From: Elusimicrobiota bacterium
GTDB taxonomy: Bacteria > Elusimicrobiota > Endomicrobiia > Endomicrobiales > JBDRNC01
Assembly: GCA_043811535.1 (NCBI GenBank)
Contig: JBDRNC010000029.1
Coordinates: 1 to 64,000 of the forward strand
Direction: 5' to 3'
DNA length: 64,000 nucleotides
The translations under genes and the position numbers were made by a program. Of the stretch, positions 39,970-50,152 are shown piece after piece. The number at the start of each line of letters is the position of its first letter. Position 1 is the stretch's first letter. The notes beneath the pieces were generated by a model. That model made no database searches. It saw nothing but the letters and a program-made list of their open reading frames with translations, and was not told the origin of the DNA.

Positions 39970-40045
39970 GTATCTCGTCGTTCGTATCTAGTATCTCGAA
40001 AAGACAGTGCCTTTAACGAGATACTAGTCCCGAGATACGAGATGC
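39970..40045. repeat. Inverted heptamer array, GTATCTA/GTATCTC family (also ~9434-9506, 35431-35462, 47461-47490, ~56287, ~61522)
   Basis: cgtatctcgtcgttcgtatctagtatctcg...cgagatactagtcccgagatacgagatgcg. Confidence 0.8.
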
Positions 40046-40051
40046 GTTCGT

Positions 40052-41410
40052 TTAAATTTTCGGCAAATGCGTCCAGGCTTCTTTGACCTTCGCTTCGGGA
40101 TACTCGAAGTCAACGAGCTTTCCCGCGAGAAAATCGTCGTATGCCGAAAGGTCGAAATGTCCGTGGCCGGAAAAGTTAAAAAGTATCACACGTTTCTCGC
40201 CCGTTTTTTTAGCGGCAAGGGCTTCGTCAATCGCTGCCTTGATAGCGTGCGCTGTTTCGGGCGCGGGGACTATGCCTTCCGTTCTTGTGAATTGAAGAGC
40301 GGCTTCAAACACGGGAATCTGCGTGTACGCAACCGCTTCTATTGTTTTTTCATTATTTAGCTTGGAGACTATCGGAGACGCCCCGTGATATCTCAATCCT
40401 CCGGCGTGTATGCCGGCCGGCTCGAATGTGTGGCCCAGCGTGCACATTTTTGCGACCGGAGCCATGCCGGCGGTATCTCCGTAATCATAAGCATAATGAC
40501 CCTTAGTGAGGGACGGGCACGCGGCCGGCTCAACCGCTACAACGCGCAGATTCTTCTTTTTTCCCTGCAGCTTGTCCATAAGGAACGGGAACGACATGCC
40601 GGCAAAATTGGATCCGCCTCCGACACAGCCGATGACCACGTCGGGATAATCGCCGGCCTTTTCCATCTGCTTCTTGGCTTCAAGGCCGATGACCGTCTGG
40701 TGCATGCACACGTGATTAAGCACGCTGCCCAGCGAGTACTTAGCGCCGGTCTTGACGGCGGTTTCCACGGCTTCCGATATCGCCATACCGAGTGTCCCGT
40801 TTGAATTCGGGTTTTCGGCGAGTATTTTCTTTCCCGAGTCCGTCAGGTTCGACGGGCTGGCATGAACTTCCGCGCCCCACAGGTGCATGAGCGATCTGCG
40901 GTACGGTTTCTGGTTATAAGAGCATTTCACCATGAAGATCGTGAGTTTAAGGCCGAAATAGTTGCACGCGAGCGCGAGAGCCGATCCCCACTGGCCTGCG
41001 CCCGTCTCAGTCGTGATTGCCTTGATGCCCTCTTGTTTATTATAGTAAGCCTGCGCAACCGCTGTGTTCAGCTTGTGGCTTCCCGCGGGGCTGACGCCTT
41101 CATGCTTGTAATAGATTTTGGCGGGCGTATCTAACAGTTTCTCAAGACGGTGCGCGCGGTAAAGCGGCGACGGCCTCCAGAGCTTCCATATGTCGCGTAT
41201 TTCGTCCGGTATCTCTATCCAGCGGTCCTGGCTCACTTCCTGTTTTATCAGTCCCATCGGGAAGAGCGGAGCAAGGTCAGCCGGACCGACAGGCTTAAGC
41301 GTAACCGGGTGTAGTATGGGAGGCAGCGGGGCGGGAAGATCCGCCTGAATGTTGTACCACTTTTCCGGCAATTCTTTTTCCGACAGCAAAATCTTGGTTT
41401 CATCAGACAT
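40052..41410 (-). CDS. trpB2: Tryptophan synthase beta-2 (TrpB2)-like PLP enzyme
   Basis: [40 protein letters not shown]. Confidence 0.93.
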   Translation of the reverse strand: MSDETKILLSEKELPEKWYNIQADLPAPLPPILHPVTLKPVGPADLAPLFPMGLIKQEVSQDRWIEIPDEIRDIWKLWRPSPLYRAHRLEKLLDTPAKIYYKHEGVSPAGSHKLNTAVAQAYYNKQEGIKAITTETGAGQWGSALALACNYFGLKLTIFMVKCSYNQKPYRRSLMHLWGAEVHASPSNLTDSGKKILAENPNSNGTLGMAISEAVETAVKTGAKYSLGSVLNHVCMHQTVIGLEAKKQMEKAGDYPDVVIGCVGGGSNFAGMSFPFLMDKLQGKKKNLRVVAVEPAACPSLTKGHYAYDYGDTAGMAPVAKMCTLGHTFEPAGIHAGGLRYHGASPIVSKLNNEKTIEAVAYTQIPVFEAALQFTRTEGIVPAPETAHAIKAAIDEALAAKKTGEKRVILFNFSGHGHFDLSAYDDFLAGKLVDFEYPEAKVKEAWTHLPKI

Positions 41411-41480
41411 GTTGAACTCCTTATGAAGATTTTATAAATTGCCGTATGCGAAATCCGCCGTGGCGGGATTGAACTCCTTA

Positions 41481-41570
41481 TTAGCGGATAGCGGGTAGCG
41501 TTTAGCGTATAGTTAATGTGTCGAGTTCTTCTGCTTTTTACTATCCGCTATACGCTCTACGCCATACGCT
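41481..41570. repeat. Inverted heptamer array, TAGCGTA family
   Basis: tagcggatagcgggtagcgtttagcgtatagt...actatccgctatacgctctacgccatacgct. Confidence 0.8.
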
Positions 41571-41575
41571 GTCAT

Positions 41576-42178
41576 TTAATCCTTATCCAACTCGCCGTTC
41601 CAGTAAACGTTGTCAATGAATCTTTGCCATGATGTGCGCATTCTCGCGGGCGAGCTCAGCACGAGGGACAGTCCCCCGCGCCATTTCGGCTTGATCGGCT
41701 TGATAAGCAGGTGCATCCCCGCCTCTTCGGGCAGTTTGCTGCCTTTTTTGAGGTTGCACGGAATGCAGGCCGTGACTATGTTGGCCCACGTGGTCTTGCC
41801 GCCGCGGCTTCTCGGCGTCACGTGCTCAAGGTTGAGGTCCGCTGAGGGGAACTTCTTCCCGCAGTAGCAGCAGCGGTAAGCGTAATGCTCGTATATATTG
41901 CGCCTCGTGAATTTCACTTCGGTCGTCGGAAGGCGGTCGTAAAGTTTCAGCGCTATGACTTCGGGTATCGCGATCTTGAACTTCGGCGTGCTGATAAAAC
42001 CCGCCGGGTGCTCGCTTATCGCCTTTGAAACCTCTCTCCAATCCTCAAAGGAATACGTGCGGTACTCCTGGTCAACAACATGCGCGTGGTCAAGGTAGAC
42101 CAGCGACAGCGCCCTTTGCCAGGAGGTGATCTGAATAGCGTAGAAACTGCGGTTTAGTACAAGGACATCGGAATGCAT
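41576..42178 (-). CDS. HNH endonuclease family protein
   Basis: VLVLN, FTRRNI, CCYCG, EHVTPRSRGG, NIVTACIPCN.KK. Confidence 0.9.
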   Translation of the reverse strand: MHSDVLVLNRSFYAIQITSWQRALSLVYLDHAHVVDQEYRTYSFEDWREVSKAISEHPAGFISTPKFKIAIPEVIALKLYDRLPTTEVKFTRRNIYEHYAYRCCYCGKKFPSADLNLEHVTPRSRGGKTTWANIVTACIPCNLKKGSKLPEEAGMHLLIKPIKPKWRGGLSLVLSSPARMRTSWQRFIDNVYWNGELDKD

Positions 42179-42189
42179 ATGTATCGTAA

Positions 42190-42219
42190 ATTATAGTCAA
42201 TTTCAATGAATTTTGTCAA
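42190..42219 (-). promoter_or_regulatory. Sigma70-type promoter for HNH gene
   Basis: TTGACA-18-TATAAT, 11 nt before the ATG. Confidence 0.6.
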
Positions 42220-42303
42220 GGTATTAAATGGATAAATGGCTAAATTGCTGTATGGCTAATGTCTTCAGCCATTTAGCAGTTTAGCCATTTAGCAATTTAT
42301 GTA

Positions 42304-42351
42304 TTGACATTCATTAAGTGTTTGGTTATAATGATATTGAGAATCAGTATC
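42304..42351 (+). promoter_or_regulatory. fur-feoAB promoter plus Fur box
   Basis: TTGACA-17-TATAAT (42304-42332) then GATATTGAGAATCAGTATC (42333-42351), 16/19 to GATAATGATAATCATTATC. Confidence 0.85.
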
Positions 42352-42367
42352 AATACGAGGTTCTACT

Positions 42368-42835
42368 ATGACCAAAGAAGAACTGGGATTATCTGAATTT
42401 ATCAAACAGCGGGGCCTGCGGATGACGGGCCAGCGGAAAGAGATACTTGAATACCTGTTCAACTGCAGGGAGCATATGTCCCCGGAGGATCTTTACATAA
42501 AACTCCGGGCGAAATATCCCAAGATCGGGCGGGCGACGGTTTACAGGACGATGAAGCTGCTTAAAGACGCCGATCTTGCGGTGCAAGTGGAGTTCGCGGA
42601 CGGCTCGAAGAAATTTGAGCACGTGCACAACAAACCGCACCACGATCATATGATATGCCTAAAGTGCGGGACGTCAATCGAGTTCTGCAGCCCCAAGATT
42701 GAGGAACTGCAGGAAGAGATGGCGAGAAAAGAAGGTTTTACGGCGAAGAAACACCGTCTTGAACTATACGGATACTGCAGGAAATGCAGTCATAAAATCA
42801 GGGTCAAGGGTCCAGGGTCAAGGGTCCAGGATTAA
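42368..42835 (+). CDS. fur: Fur family transcriptional regulator
   Basis: GLRMTGQR, ATVYRT, HHDHMICLKCG, CRKC. Confidence 0.92.
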   Translation: MTKEELGLSEFIKQRGLRMTGQRKEILEYLFNCREHMSPEDLYIKLRAKYPKIGRATVYRTMKLLKDADLAVQVEFADGSKKFEHVHNKPHHDHMICLKCGTSIEFCSPKIEELQEEMARKEGFTAKKHRLELYGYCRKCSHKIRVKGPGSRVQD

Positions 42836-42842
42836 GGAAAAC

Positions 42843-43085
42843 ATGGAAAAGAAGAGGAAACATATTAGCGTAACTGAACTGAAAACCGGGCAGAAGGCCC
42901 GCGTGGTAGCTATACAGGGGGGATGGGGCTTTCAGAGAAAACTTGAGAACATAGGCATCAGGGTCGGTTCGGAGATCTCAAATCTCAGCGGGGGAGAAAA
43001 CGGGCCAGTCGTGGTCCGGAGCGGCTGCACTCAGGTGGCGCTCGGCCGCGGTATGGCGAGGAAGATAATTGTAGAACAGCAGTAA
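42843..43085 (+). CDS. feoA: Ferrous iron transport protein A
   Basis: LENIGIRVGSEI..GPVVV..VALGRGMARKIIV; SD aagga. Confidence 0.88.
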   Translation: MEKKRKHISVTELKTGQKARVVAIQGGWGFQRKLENIGIRVGSEISNLSGGENGPVVVRSGCTQVALGRGMARKIIVEQQ

Positions 43086-43205
43086 TGGCTAAAGTGCCGA
43101 ATGGCTAAATGGTTGAAGACGTTAGCAATTTAACCATGTTGTTTCAGCCATATAGCCATTTAGCCGTATAACCATTATTTAATATCATTTATCCATTTAA
43201 TCTTT

Positions 43206-44927
43206 ATGCATAAAATCCTGCTCATCGGCAATCCTAACGTCGGGAAAAGCGTGTTGTTTTCGCGCCTGACCGGTATTGACGTCATAGTGTCAAACTATCC
43301 CGGCTCCACCGTAGAGTTTACACGGGGCTACGTTCTGCTTTCCGGCGAAAAATACGAGCTGATAGACGTCCCGGGGACATACGCGCTGACGCCGACCAAC
43401 AGGGCGGAAGAAGTCGCGGTGCAGATGCTTGCGGATTTCAGGCAGGGCGACATCGTCATAAATGTCGTGGACGCCGCGAACCTTGAACGTAACCTTTCGC
43501 TCACGCTGGACATCCTTAAACTCAAACTGCCCGCTGTGGTCGCTCTTAACCGCTGGGACATGACGGCGTCACGCGGCATAGAGATAGACCCACCGCAGTT
43601 GTCGGCATACCTCAAAATTCCCGTTGTTCCGGTCATTGGCGTGTCCGGAGAAGGGGTAAAGGAGCTTGCTGAGGCGCTGGCGCAAGTTTCCGCCGGCCCG
43701 CAAAAACCGTCCATATACGTCCCAGAAAAAAGCGAGGAGAAATGGCGGCTGATAGGCGAGATCTGCTCCAATTCCCAGAAACTCTACCACCGCCACCCCA
43801 ATCTGTTTGAAAAACTCCAGGAATTCAGCATAAAGATGCCCTACGCCATATTCATAGCGCTCGGCGCGCTTGCCGGTTCGTTCGCGTTCGTCAGGTTCAT
43901 AGGCGAGTCGCTCATTAATTACATCTTTGACCCTATTTTCAACAAACTCTACATGCCCGCTCTTCTCAAGATCGCCAACCCCGAAGTTCTTCCGGTGTGG
44001 CTTTCAAAGTTCCTGCTCGGCGCCAGGCCCGTGCCGATGGAATCATTCGGGCTCCTGACAACCGGGATCTATATTCCGGTGGTCATCCTCCTGCCGTACA
44101 TATTCTCGTTTTATCTCGTGCTATCGTTCCTTGAAGACACCGGATACCTTGTAAGGATAGCGGTCGTGATGGACAGGGTGTTCCACAAGGTAGGCCTGCA
44201 CGGCTACGCATCCATCCCGATACTGCTCGGGCTCGGCTGCAAGGTGCCCGCGATAGTTTCCACGCGCATTCTTGAAAGCCGCAAAGAAAGACTGATAACC
44301 CTGATACTCATACTGATGCTCGCGCCGTGCATGCCGCAGACCGCGATGATTTACGCGGTGCTGAACAATTTCGGCCTGCACGTCGTGATTGCGTTTTTCC
44401 TGGCGCTTATCGCGTGGGGCTTGATTATCGGATTCGCGCTGAATAAATTCCTGAAAGGGGAGACTCCGGAGCTTTTCGTGGAGATACCGCCGTACCAGCT
44501 GCCGCATGCCGGAACGCTTTCCAAGAAAGTTTACATGCGGCTGAAACTGTTTTTAGTTGAAGCCGTGCCCATGATAATCCTTGGGATAGCGCTCGTGAAC
44601 CTGCTGGACCTGGCGGGTTTTATCGATAAGATTTCAAATCTTTCCGCGCCCCTGGTTCACGGACTTTTGGGACTGCCTAAAGAGATGAGCGTTGTTATGA
44701 TTTCGGGATTCTTAAGGAAGGACGTCTCTGTCGCGCTTATTGTTCCGTTCAACCTGACTCTGAAACAACTGGTAATCGCTTCAATGATGCTTGTCATCTA
44801 CTTGCCGTGCATCGCGACTTTTTCTATGATAGTGAAAGAGTTCTCGCTGAAAACCGCCGTGAAAGTCTCCGCGCTTACATTCGTGATTGCAATATCCCTC
44901 GCCGCGTTTTTAAATATAATAATCTAA
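43206..44927 (+). CDS. feoB: Ferrous iron transport protein B (short form)
   Basis: GNPNVGKS, NYPGSTVE, DVPGTY, LEDTGY, GLGCKVPA, YLPCIAT. Confidence 0.92.
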   Translation: MHKILLIGNPNVGKSVLFSRLTGIDVIVSNYPGSTVEFTRGYVLLSGEKYELIDVPGTYALTPTNRAEEVAVQMLADFRQGDIVINVVDAANLERNLSLTLDILKLKLPAVVALNRWDMTASRGIEIDPPQLSAYLKIPVVPVIGVSGEGVKELAEALAQVSAGPQKPSIYVPEKSEEKWRLIGEICSNSQKLYHRHPNLFEKLQEFSIKMPYAIFIALGALAGSFAFVRFIGESLINYIFDPIFNKLYMPALLKIANPEVLPVWLSKFLLGARPVPMESFGLLTTGIYIPVVILLPYIFSFYLVLSFLEDTGYLVRIAVVMDRVFHKVGLHGYASIPILLGLGCKVPAIVSTRILESRKERLITLILILMLAPCMPQTAMIYAVLNNFGLHVVIAFFLALIAWGLIIGFALNKFLKGETPELFVEIPPYQLPHAGTLSKKVYMRLKLFLVEAVPMIILGIALVNLLDLAGFIDKISNLSAPLVHGLLGLPKEMSVVMISGFLRKDVSVALIVPFNLTLKQLVIASMMLVIYLPCIATFSMIVKEFSLKTAVKVSALTFVIAISLAAFLNIII

Positions 44928-44930
44928 GCC

Positions 44931-45012
44931 GTCATTGCGAGGAGCCCTTTGGGCGACGCGGCAATCTCAGGGTGGATAATGACAGAGATTGCTTCGCTTC
45001 GCTCGCAATGAC
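44931..45012. repeat. REP-like palindrome GTCATTGCGA...GCAATCT/AGATTGC...TCGCAATGAC (copies or half-copies at 12046-12083, 33141-33271, 37376-37462, 46868-47050, 56094-56135, 57447-57521)
   Basis: Conserved terminal inverted arms with variable internal hairpins. Confidence 0.85.
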
Positions 45013-45025
45013 AAAAAGCCCTTGG

Positions 45026-45532
45026 TCACTGCCTCTCGTATACTTTCAATATTCTTCCGGTGTAAATGGTATGCTGGTCGGATTTGGGGTAATACTCCTT
45101 AGTTATCTCGGGATCCAGAGTTTCCTTGAGCACTTTATTCTTGTGGATTATCTCACACTCGTAATATATGTCGCAGCCCTCTATGACGGACACGCCTTCC
45201 GACTGCCCCGGAACCAGCTTGAAGCCGCACTCTTTGATCTTATCCTTATCCCTGCCGGAGTACGAACCGCAGTAAGCGAGCTCTTTTTTCAACTTCTGCA
45301 CCGGCACACACACCGCGAAGCGTTTCGCGTTTTCCATGAGTTCATAAGTGTAGCGCGTTGGACGGACAAGCACCTGAATAACCGGCTCGTACCACACAAC
45401 GCCGATAGTTGACCAGCCGATAGTCATGACGTTTTGCTTTCCGGACTTGTCCGTCACGACGAGAAACGCGCCGTCGCCCGCCATCGCCTCGCAAAAATCT
45501 TCAAATCTCTCGGAATATTTAATTGGTTTCAT
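45026..45532 (-). CDS. Flavin reductase-like (flavoredoxin) protein
   Basis: NVMTIGW, VRPTRYT, CGSYSGRDKDK, H..Y.GRI. Confidence 0.85.
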   Translation of the reverse strand: MKPIKYSERFEDFCEAMAGDGAFLVVTDKSGKQNVMTIGWSTIGVVWYEPVIQVLVRPTRYTYELMENAKRFAVCVPVQKLKKELAYCGSYSGRDKDKIKECGFKLVPGQSEGVSVIEGCDIYYECEIIHKNKVLKETLDPEITKEYYPKSDQHTIYTGRILKVYERQ

Positions 45533-45733
45533 ACTTACCTCTTATCTTCCTCCCTCCTTGCGGGATAGGGGGAAGCGCAATGTGCTTCCCCACTGGGATA
45601 TCCGTAGATGGGGGTGCCCCGGATTGAGGTGGGGGGTGACCCCCATCCCGGCCTTCCCCCATAGAAAGGGGGAAGGAGATTGGTGAAGGAGTTGTGATAA
45701 TCCTTAAATCTTTCCAATCTTTTAATCTTTCAA

Positions 45734-46297
45734 TTAGTAGTATAACTTCACTCCGTCAAAGCCTTTTTCAACCGGCATGACGTAGGTTATGGTTTTGCCG
45801 GGCGTGTCATAGATCTCCATGACCGCGTTCGGCGGCAGTTTCTTCCCGGCCGCGTATTTCGTTATGGCAGGATACACTTTCATGACGCCCGCAATTATGC
45901 TCATCGTGTTCTTGAACGGGAAAACGGCAATGACGCTTTTCGTGGCCTTGAAATTCTTTATGATGAAATCCGTTTTCAGCCCTTTCAATTTTGTTTTGTC
46001 GTCTACTATGCAGCCCGCGATATAGCGCAGCTTGTCCTGCGGGACGGTTTGCGGGTTGTCAAAATAGATTCCGAAACCTTTTGCGGTTTCTATCTTGTTG
46101 TCCTTGAGCCATTTATACACCTCGTCCATTGGCTTGGCGCAGTTTTGGTAAGGACCGCTTGCTTTCTGATACACCAGCGTATAAGGCCCCGCGACGCCTT
46201 CCGTCACGGCAACATTGTGGAAGAAACCCGCGTAGCCAAGGAATAATACAACACCCAGACCGATTAAAACCAGCGCCCCAAGAAAATACTTTAACAT
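45734..46297 (-). CDS. Membrane-anchored GyrI-like small-molecule-binding protein
   Basis: N-terminal TM; GPY, GIYFDNP..V..DKLR, MEIYD. Confidence 0.75.
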   Translation of the reverse strand: MLKYFLGALVLIGLGVVLFLGYAGFFHNVAVTEGVAGPYTLVYQKASGPYQNCAKPMDEVYKWLKDNKIETAKGFGIYFDNPQTVPQDKLRYIAGCIVDDKTKLKGLKTDFIIKNFKATKSVIAVFPFKNTMSIIAGVMKVYPAITKYAAGKKLPPNAVMEIYDTPGKTITYVMPVEKGFDGVKLYY

Positions 46298-46372
46298 TAC
46301 ATCTCCTTTTTGCCGCCACCACTCCCGCAGTGGCGGTGGCTATACCGCTTCTGCGGGAGTGGCAGGATGGCT

Positions 46373-46849
46373 TCATTTGTTCAACTTCCATATCGCCGCG
46401 TTGAGCACCGTGGCAAAACTCACCCAGAGAATGTAGGGCGCCATCAGCCACCCCGCGGTCTTTGATATCAGCATGAAACAGACGGTGGTCCAGATGATGA
46501 AACTTGAAAGGAACAGTATCACGAACAACCCGCCGACTATTGAATGCATCCCGAAGAAGACTATGGACCACAGCGTATTCAGCGCGAGCTGTATGAAAAA
46601 TATAGTCATGGCGTTATTTTTCTGTTCTTCATTCGCGCCGGGCGCGTTCCATACCAGAAAGAGCGCGATGCCCATTAGTATGTAAAGAAGCGTCCACACC
46701 GGCCCGAACAGCCAGTTTGGCGGATTGAAGGACGGCTTTAGAAGCGTCGGATACCACGCTTTCACGGAAGGCGTCGTAAAAAATGCCCCGATAACTCCCG
46801 CGCTCAAAGACACCGTGATGCTGATGATTAATTTTAAAAATGTAGGCAT
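46373..46849 (-). CDS. tspO: TspO/MBR family protein
   Basis: WY.TL.KPSFNPPNWLFGPVWT.LY, PYILWVSFA.VLN; SD aaggag. Confidence 0.92.
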   Translation of the reverse strand: MPTFLKLIISITVSLSAGVIGAFFTTPSVKAWYPTLLKPSFNPPNWLFGPVWTLLYILMGIALFLVWNAPGANEEQKNNAMTIFFIQLALNTLWSIVFFGMHSIVGGLFVILFLSSFIIWTTVCFMLISKTAGWLMAPYILWVSFATVLNAAIWKLNK

Positions 46850-47056
46850 GTTTAACTCCTTGTACCTGTCATCGCGAGTCCGCCTTTGTACGCTGTCATC
46901 GCGAGTCCGAAGGCCTTTTGTCATTGCGAACACATTCGGCTACGCTCAGTGTAAACTCCGTGAAGCAATCTCTGGCCTTTTTGGGTCTCCCGTGGCAGTC
47001 TCAGTGACTGGGATTCGCCACGTCGCCCTGAACGGGCTCCTCGCAATGACAACTTT

Positions 47057-47383
47057 CTACTTCCTGTTTCTATGGACTCCGGTAGTAGTAAAGTTGAATT
47101 CATAGTTCTTGTAATCTCTGTATTCGCTGAAATGCTCCGGGAAATGGTATGGATCCCTTTTCAGTATGTCTTCATCAGGCGGTGTTTGAATAATGGGAAT
47201 GAAATGCCCGGTCCGTTCTTCGGGCAGGAAGGGCGCTTCATGCCTTAACCTGTGCGCCTCGAAAAAATATCCTCTCGTTTCAAGAAGGTCGGCTTTGCGC
47301 TCCGCCCTGGCCCTCGGATTGTAAGTGTAAGAGCATCCGGAAATCAGGATAATAGGAATGAAAAGAAATAATAAGTATTTCAT
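47057..47383 (-). CDS. Hypothetical lipoprotein
   Basis: MKYLLFLFIPIILISGC lipobox. Confidence 0.65.
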   Translation of the reverse strand: MKYLLFLFIPIILISGCSYTYNPRARAERKADLLETRGYFFEAHRLRHEAPFLPEERTGHFIPIIQTPPDEDILKRDPYHFPEHFSEYRDYKNYEFNFTTTGVHRNRK

Positions 47384-47475
47384 AAAGTTCTAAATCCCCT
47401 TTTAATTCCCCCTTTACTAAAGGGGGAAACAGGGGGATTTGTCGTGTGTCGTGAGTAGTTACTAGATACGAGATA

Positions 47476-48717
47476 CTAGATACTAGATACCGCTTTTAAA
47501 GCAGTAGCCGCCGCCCAGTGGATATTGTACCCGCCGCACCCGCCGGTGTAATCCAGCATCTCGCCGAGAATGAATATCCGCTTATGCAGTTTTGACTCAA
47601 ACGTCTCCGGATTCACCTCACGGCAGTGCACCCCGCCCAGTGAAACCTGCGCGTCTTTGAATGACCGTGCCTTTGTGACCTGCATCGGGCAGCGCGTCAG
47701 CAGGCTGAACGCTTCTTTCAACTGCTTTTCATTGAGTTTTCCCTGGAACTGTTTTCCAAGGGAAGAAGCGTATTTAAGGAAGGCCTCGATAAATCTGACC
47801 TGAAGCGCGCCGCGAAAAACATCCGTGAAGGTTTTTGTGCCCGACGCCTGCCACGCGGAATGGAAAAATTCATATGTAAGCTCGTTTTTCGGAAGGAAAC
47901 TGACATGAATCGTGACGGGGCCCTGTTCGAGCTCCATGGAAATCGTGTTGCTCGCGTAGAGGACGTTCGGCCCTGAGATGCCGTAATCCGTGAAAAGCAG
48001 TTCGCCCGTTCTCTTGAAGTCTTTGAAGGATATTTCCGTCTCTATTTTCATGCCGTCAAGCTCGCGGAACTCGCGGTGCGGAGTTTCAAGCGGGACTATT
48101 CCCGGCGTCTGGGGCATCACTGTATGTCCGAGCCCCTGCAGAAGCTTGAATACCGAGCCGTCAGTTCCGTACTGCGGGTATGCGCTGCCTCCGGAGGCAA
48201 AAACAACGGCATCCGCGAAAGCGGACAGCTTTGATTTTGACGCGGCATCGGTCCACAGAACCTCGTATTTCCCGTTTGCCTTGTCCGGCTTGACCTGGGT
48301 GGCTTCGGAATTCAGCTGCAGTTCGGCCGGGAAGCCTTTGAGCGTGTTCTCAAAAAATTCCGCTATCGTGGCCGCCGAGTTCGTGTAGGGGAACAATCTT
48401 TTGTATTCGTCGGCCGAGGACGGTATGCCCTGCTTGTAGAAGAAACCCTGCAGGTTCAGCGAGCGCGCGGCCCGGAACGCTTTCTGGCTCCAGTCCTTCG
48501 CCGCCGAAAAGGAATAATACTGCTCTTCGCCCATCTCAAGGTTCGAGTAATTGCATCGCCCGTTGCCCGACACGCGGATCTTGCGGAAGATTTTCGGAGA
48601 TTTTTCCAGCACGAGGACGTCCGGCTTTTCCTTCCCGACCCTGGAGTTCAGGAAACTGAGGAAAAACCCCGCCGCCGTCCCGCATCCGATGATAACAATA
48701 TTATATTTGGATTTCAT
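47476..48717 (-). CDS. HI0933/BaiN-like flavoprotein
   Basis: KIRVSGNGRCN, GGSAYPQYGTDG, GELLFT..GISGP, GEMLD..G.CGGYN. Confidence 0.88.
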   Translation of the reverse strand: MKSKYNIVIIGCGTAAGFFLSFLNSRVGKEKPDVLVLEKSPKIFRKIRVSGNGRCNYSNLEMGEEQYYSFSAAKDWSQKAFRAARSLNLQGFFYKQGIPSSADEYKRLFPYTNSAATIAEFFENTLKGFPAELQLNSEATQVKPDKANGKYEVLWTDAASKSKLSAFADAVVFASGGSAYPQYGTDGSVFKLLQGLGHTVMPQTPGIVPLETPHREFRELDGMKIETEISFKDFKRTGELLFTDYGISGPNVLYASNTISMELEQGPVTIHVSFLPKNELTYEFFHSAWQASGTKTFTDVFRGALQVRFIEAFLKYASSLGKQFQGKLNEKQLKEAFSLLTRCPMQVTKARSFKDAQVSLGGVHCREVNPETFESKLHKRIFILGEMLDYTGGCGGYNIHWAAATALKAVSSI

Positions 48718-48890
48718 GATTCCTATTACTATCCCCCTTTATAAAAGGCCGAAGGTCCCCTGTTGTGGGAGGGAATGAGGGGGATTTTTCAATAAGTAAC
48801 TAGAGGGATTTATTAAATCTCCCCTGACCCCTTCCCCAGACTACACGGGGTCCAAAGACTTACTTTAGTAAAGAGGGGGAATAAGAGGTA

Positions 48891-49886
48891 CTATTCCTCC
48901 TCCATCATCTGGTCGTAGAACGCGACATAATCGTCGGGAGTCGGGCCCGAGCGGAACTTTATCGCGTCGCGCGGGTGTTCGTTCATCTGCCCGGTTATCA
49001 TGTACGGTATGGAATATCCCCAGTCGATTTCCTTTGAAAGGGGGAGGAAGATCTTTTGTATGCATTCCAGAACCGGTCGCTGGTCAAAGGCCGGGTTCCT
49101 CAGGAAACCAAGCAGCAGCTCAAGCGGGCAGTTGCCCGCGCCGCGGCCGAGCCCCATTATCGTCGCGTCCAGCCGGTTGGCCCCGCAGACGATTGCCTCT
49201 ATCGTGTTGGCATACGCGAGCATCTGGTTGTTGTGCGCGTGTATGCCCACCTGCTTGCCGGTTCCCTTGACAGCCGCAAGCATTTTATTCGTCAGGTCCC
49301 TTATCTGTTCCGAATACATCGCGCCGAAACTGTCCACAACGTAAATCGCGTCAACCGGAGTTTTGACGATGGCATTCAGCGCGTCGTCGAGGTCGGATTC
49401 CTTTACGACCGACACTGCCATAAGATTAAGTGTTGTCTCGTATCCCTTGTCATGCGCGTCCTTTACCATGTCTAACGCGGTGGGTATCTGGTGGATGTAG
49501 GTAGCGACACGGATACAGTCCAGAACGCTCTGTTTTTTGGGCAGGATATCGGTGTGGTACTCGGTGCGCTCGGCGTCGGCCATCGCGCAGAGCTTTATTG
49601 ATGTCTTGTTTTCGCCGACGATGCGGTGAAGGGCATCTTCGTCCGTAAATTTCCACGGCCCGTATTCGGAAGGGGAAAATATCTTTTTGTCGGCCTTGTA
49701 ACCGAGTTCCATGTACTGGATACCGGCGGCCACGCAGGTTTTGTAGACGGCTTTGACAAACGCGTCGTCGAATTTGTGGTTGTTCATCAGCCCGCCGTCG
49801 CGGACAGTGCAGTCAACCACCTTGAGCTCGGGCCTGTACGTCACGAACGAGTCGCCTTCAGTTTTTTTAATTTCTTCAGTTGACAT
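48891..49886 (-). CDS. HMGL-like (DRE-TIM) aldolase catalytic domain protein
   Basis: DCTVRDGG, VVDSFG, GIHAHNN, GLGRGAGN. Confidence 0.85.
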   Translation of the reverse strand: MSTEEIKKTEGDSFVTYRPELKVVDCTVRDGGLMNNHKFDDAFVKAVYKTCVAAGIQYMELGYKADKKIFSPSEYGPWKFTDEDALHRIVGENKTSIKLCAMADAERTEYHTDILPKKQSVLDCIRVATYIHQIPTALDMVKDAHDKGYETTLNLMAVSVVKESDLDDALNAIVKTPVDAIYVVDSFGAMYSEQIRDLTNKMLAAVKGTGKQVGIHAHNNQMLAYANTIEAIVCGANRLDATIMGLGRGAGNCPLELLLGFLRNPAFDQRPVLECIQKIFLPLSKEIDWGYSIPYMITGQMNEHPRDAIKFRSGPTPDDYVAFYDQMMEEE

Positions 49887-50152
49887 TGAACCTCCAAATA
49901 AGCAGTATTACCTACATCCTCCCCCTTGCGGGATAGGGGGAAGCACAGTGTGCTTCCCCACTGGGACATCCGTAGATGGGGGTGCCCCGGAAAGAGGTGG
50001 GGAGTGTGAAAATATTCTTTTTCATCCCCATCCCGTCCTTCCCCTATCAAAGGGGAAGGAGAAAGTTAAAGACTCATTGCCCATCCCGGCCTTTCCCCAT
50101 GAAAGAGAGAAGGTGAAAGGAAGGGAGTTGTTACAATTTTGCTTTTTTTCGT

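Noticed and set aside
41576..42178. HNH gene as the mobiliser of the repeats or a homing element
   Set aside because: Looks like a common stand-alone HNH family; no intron or intein context; flanking arrays are of different families
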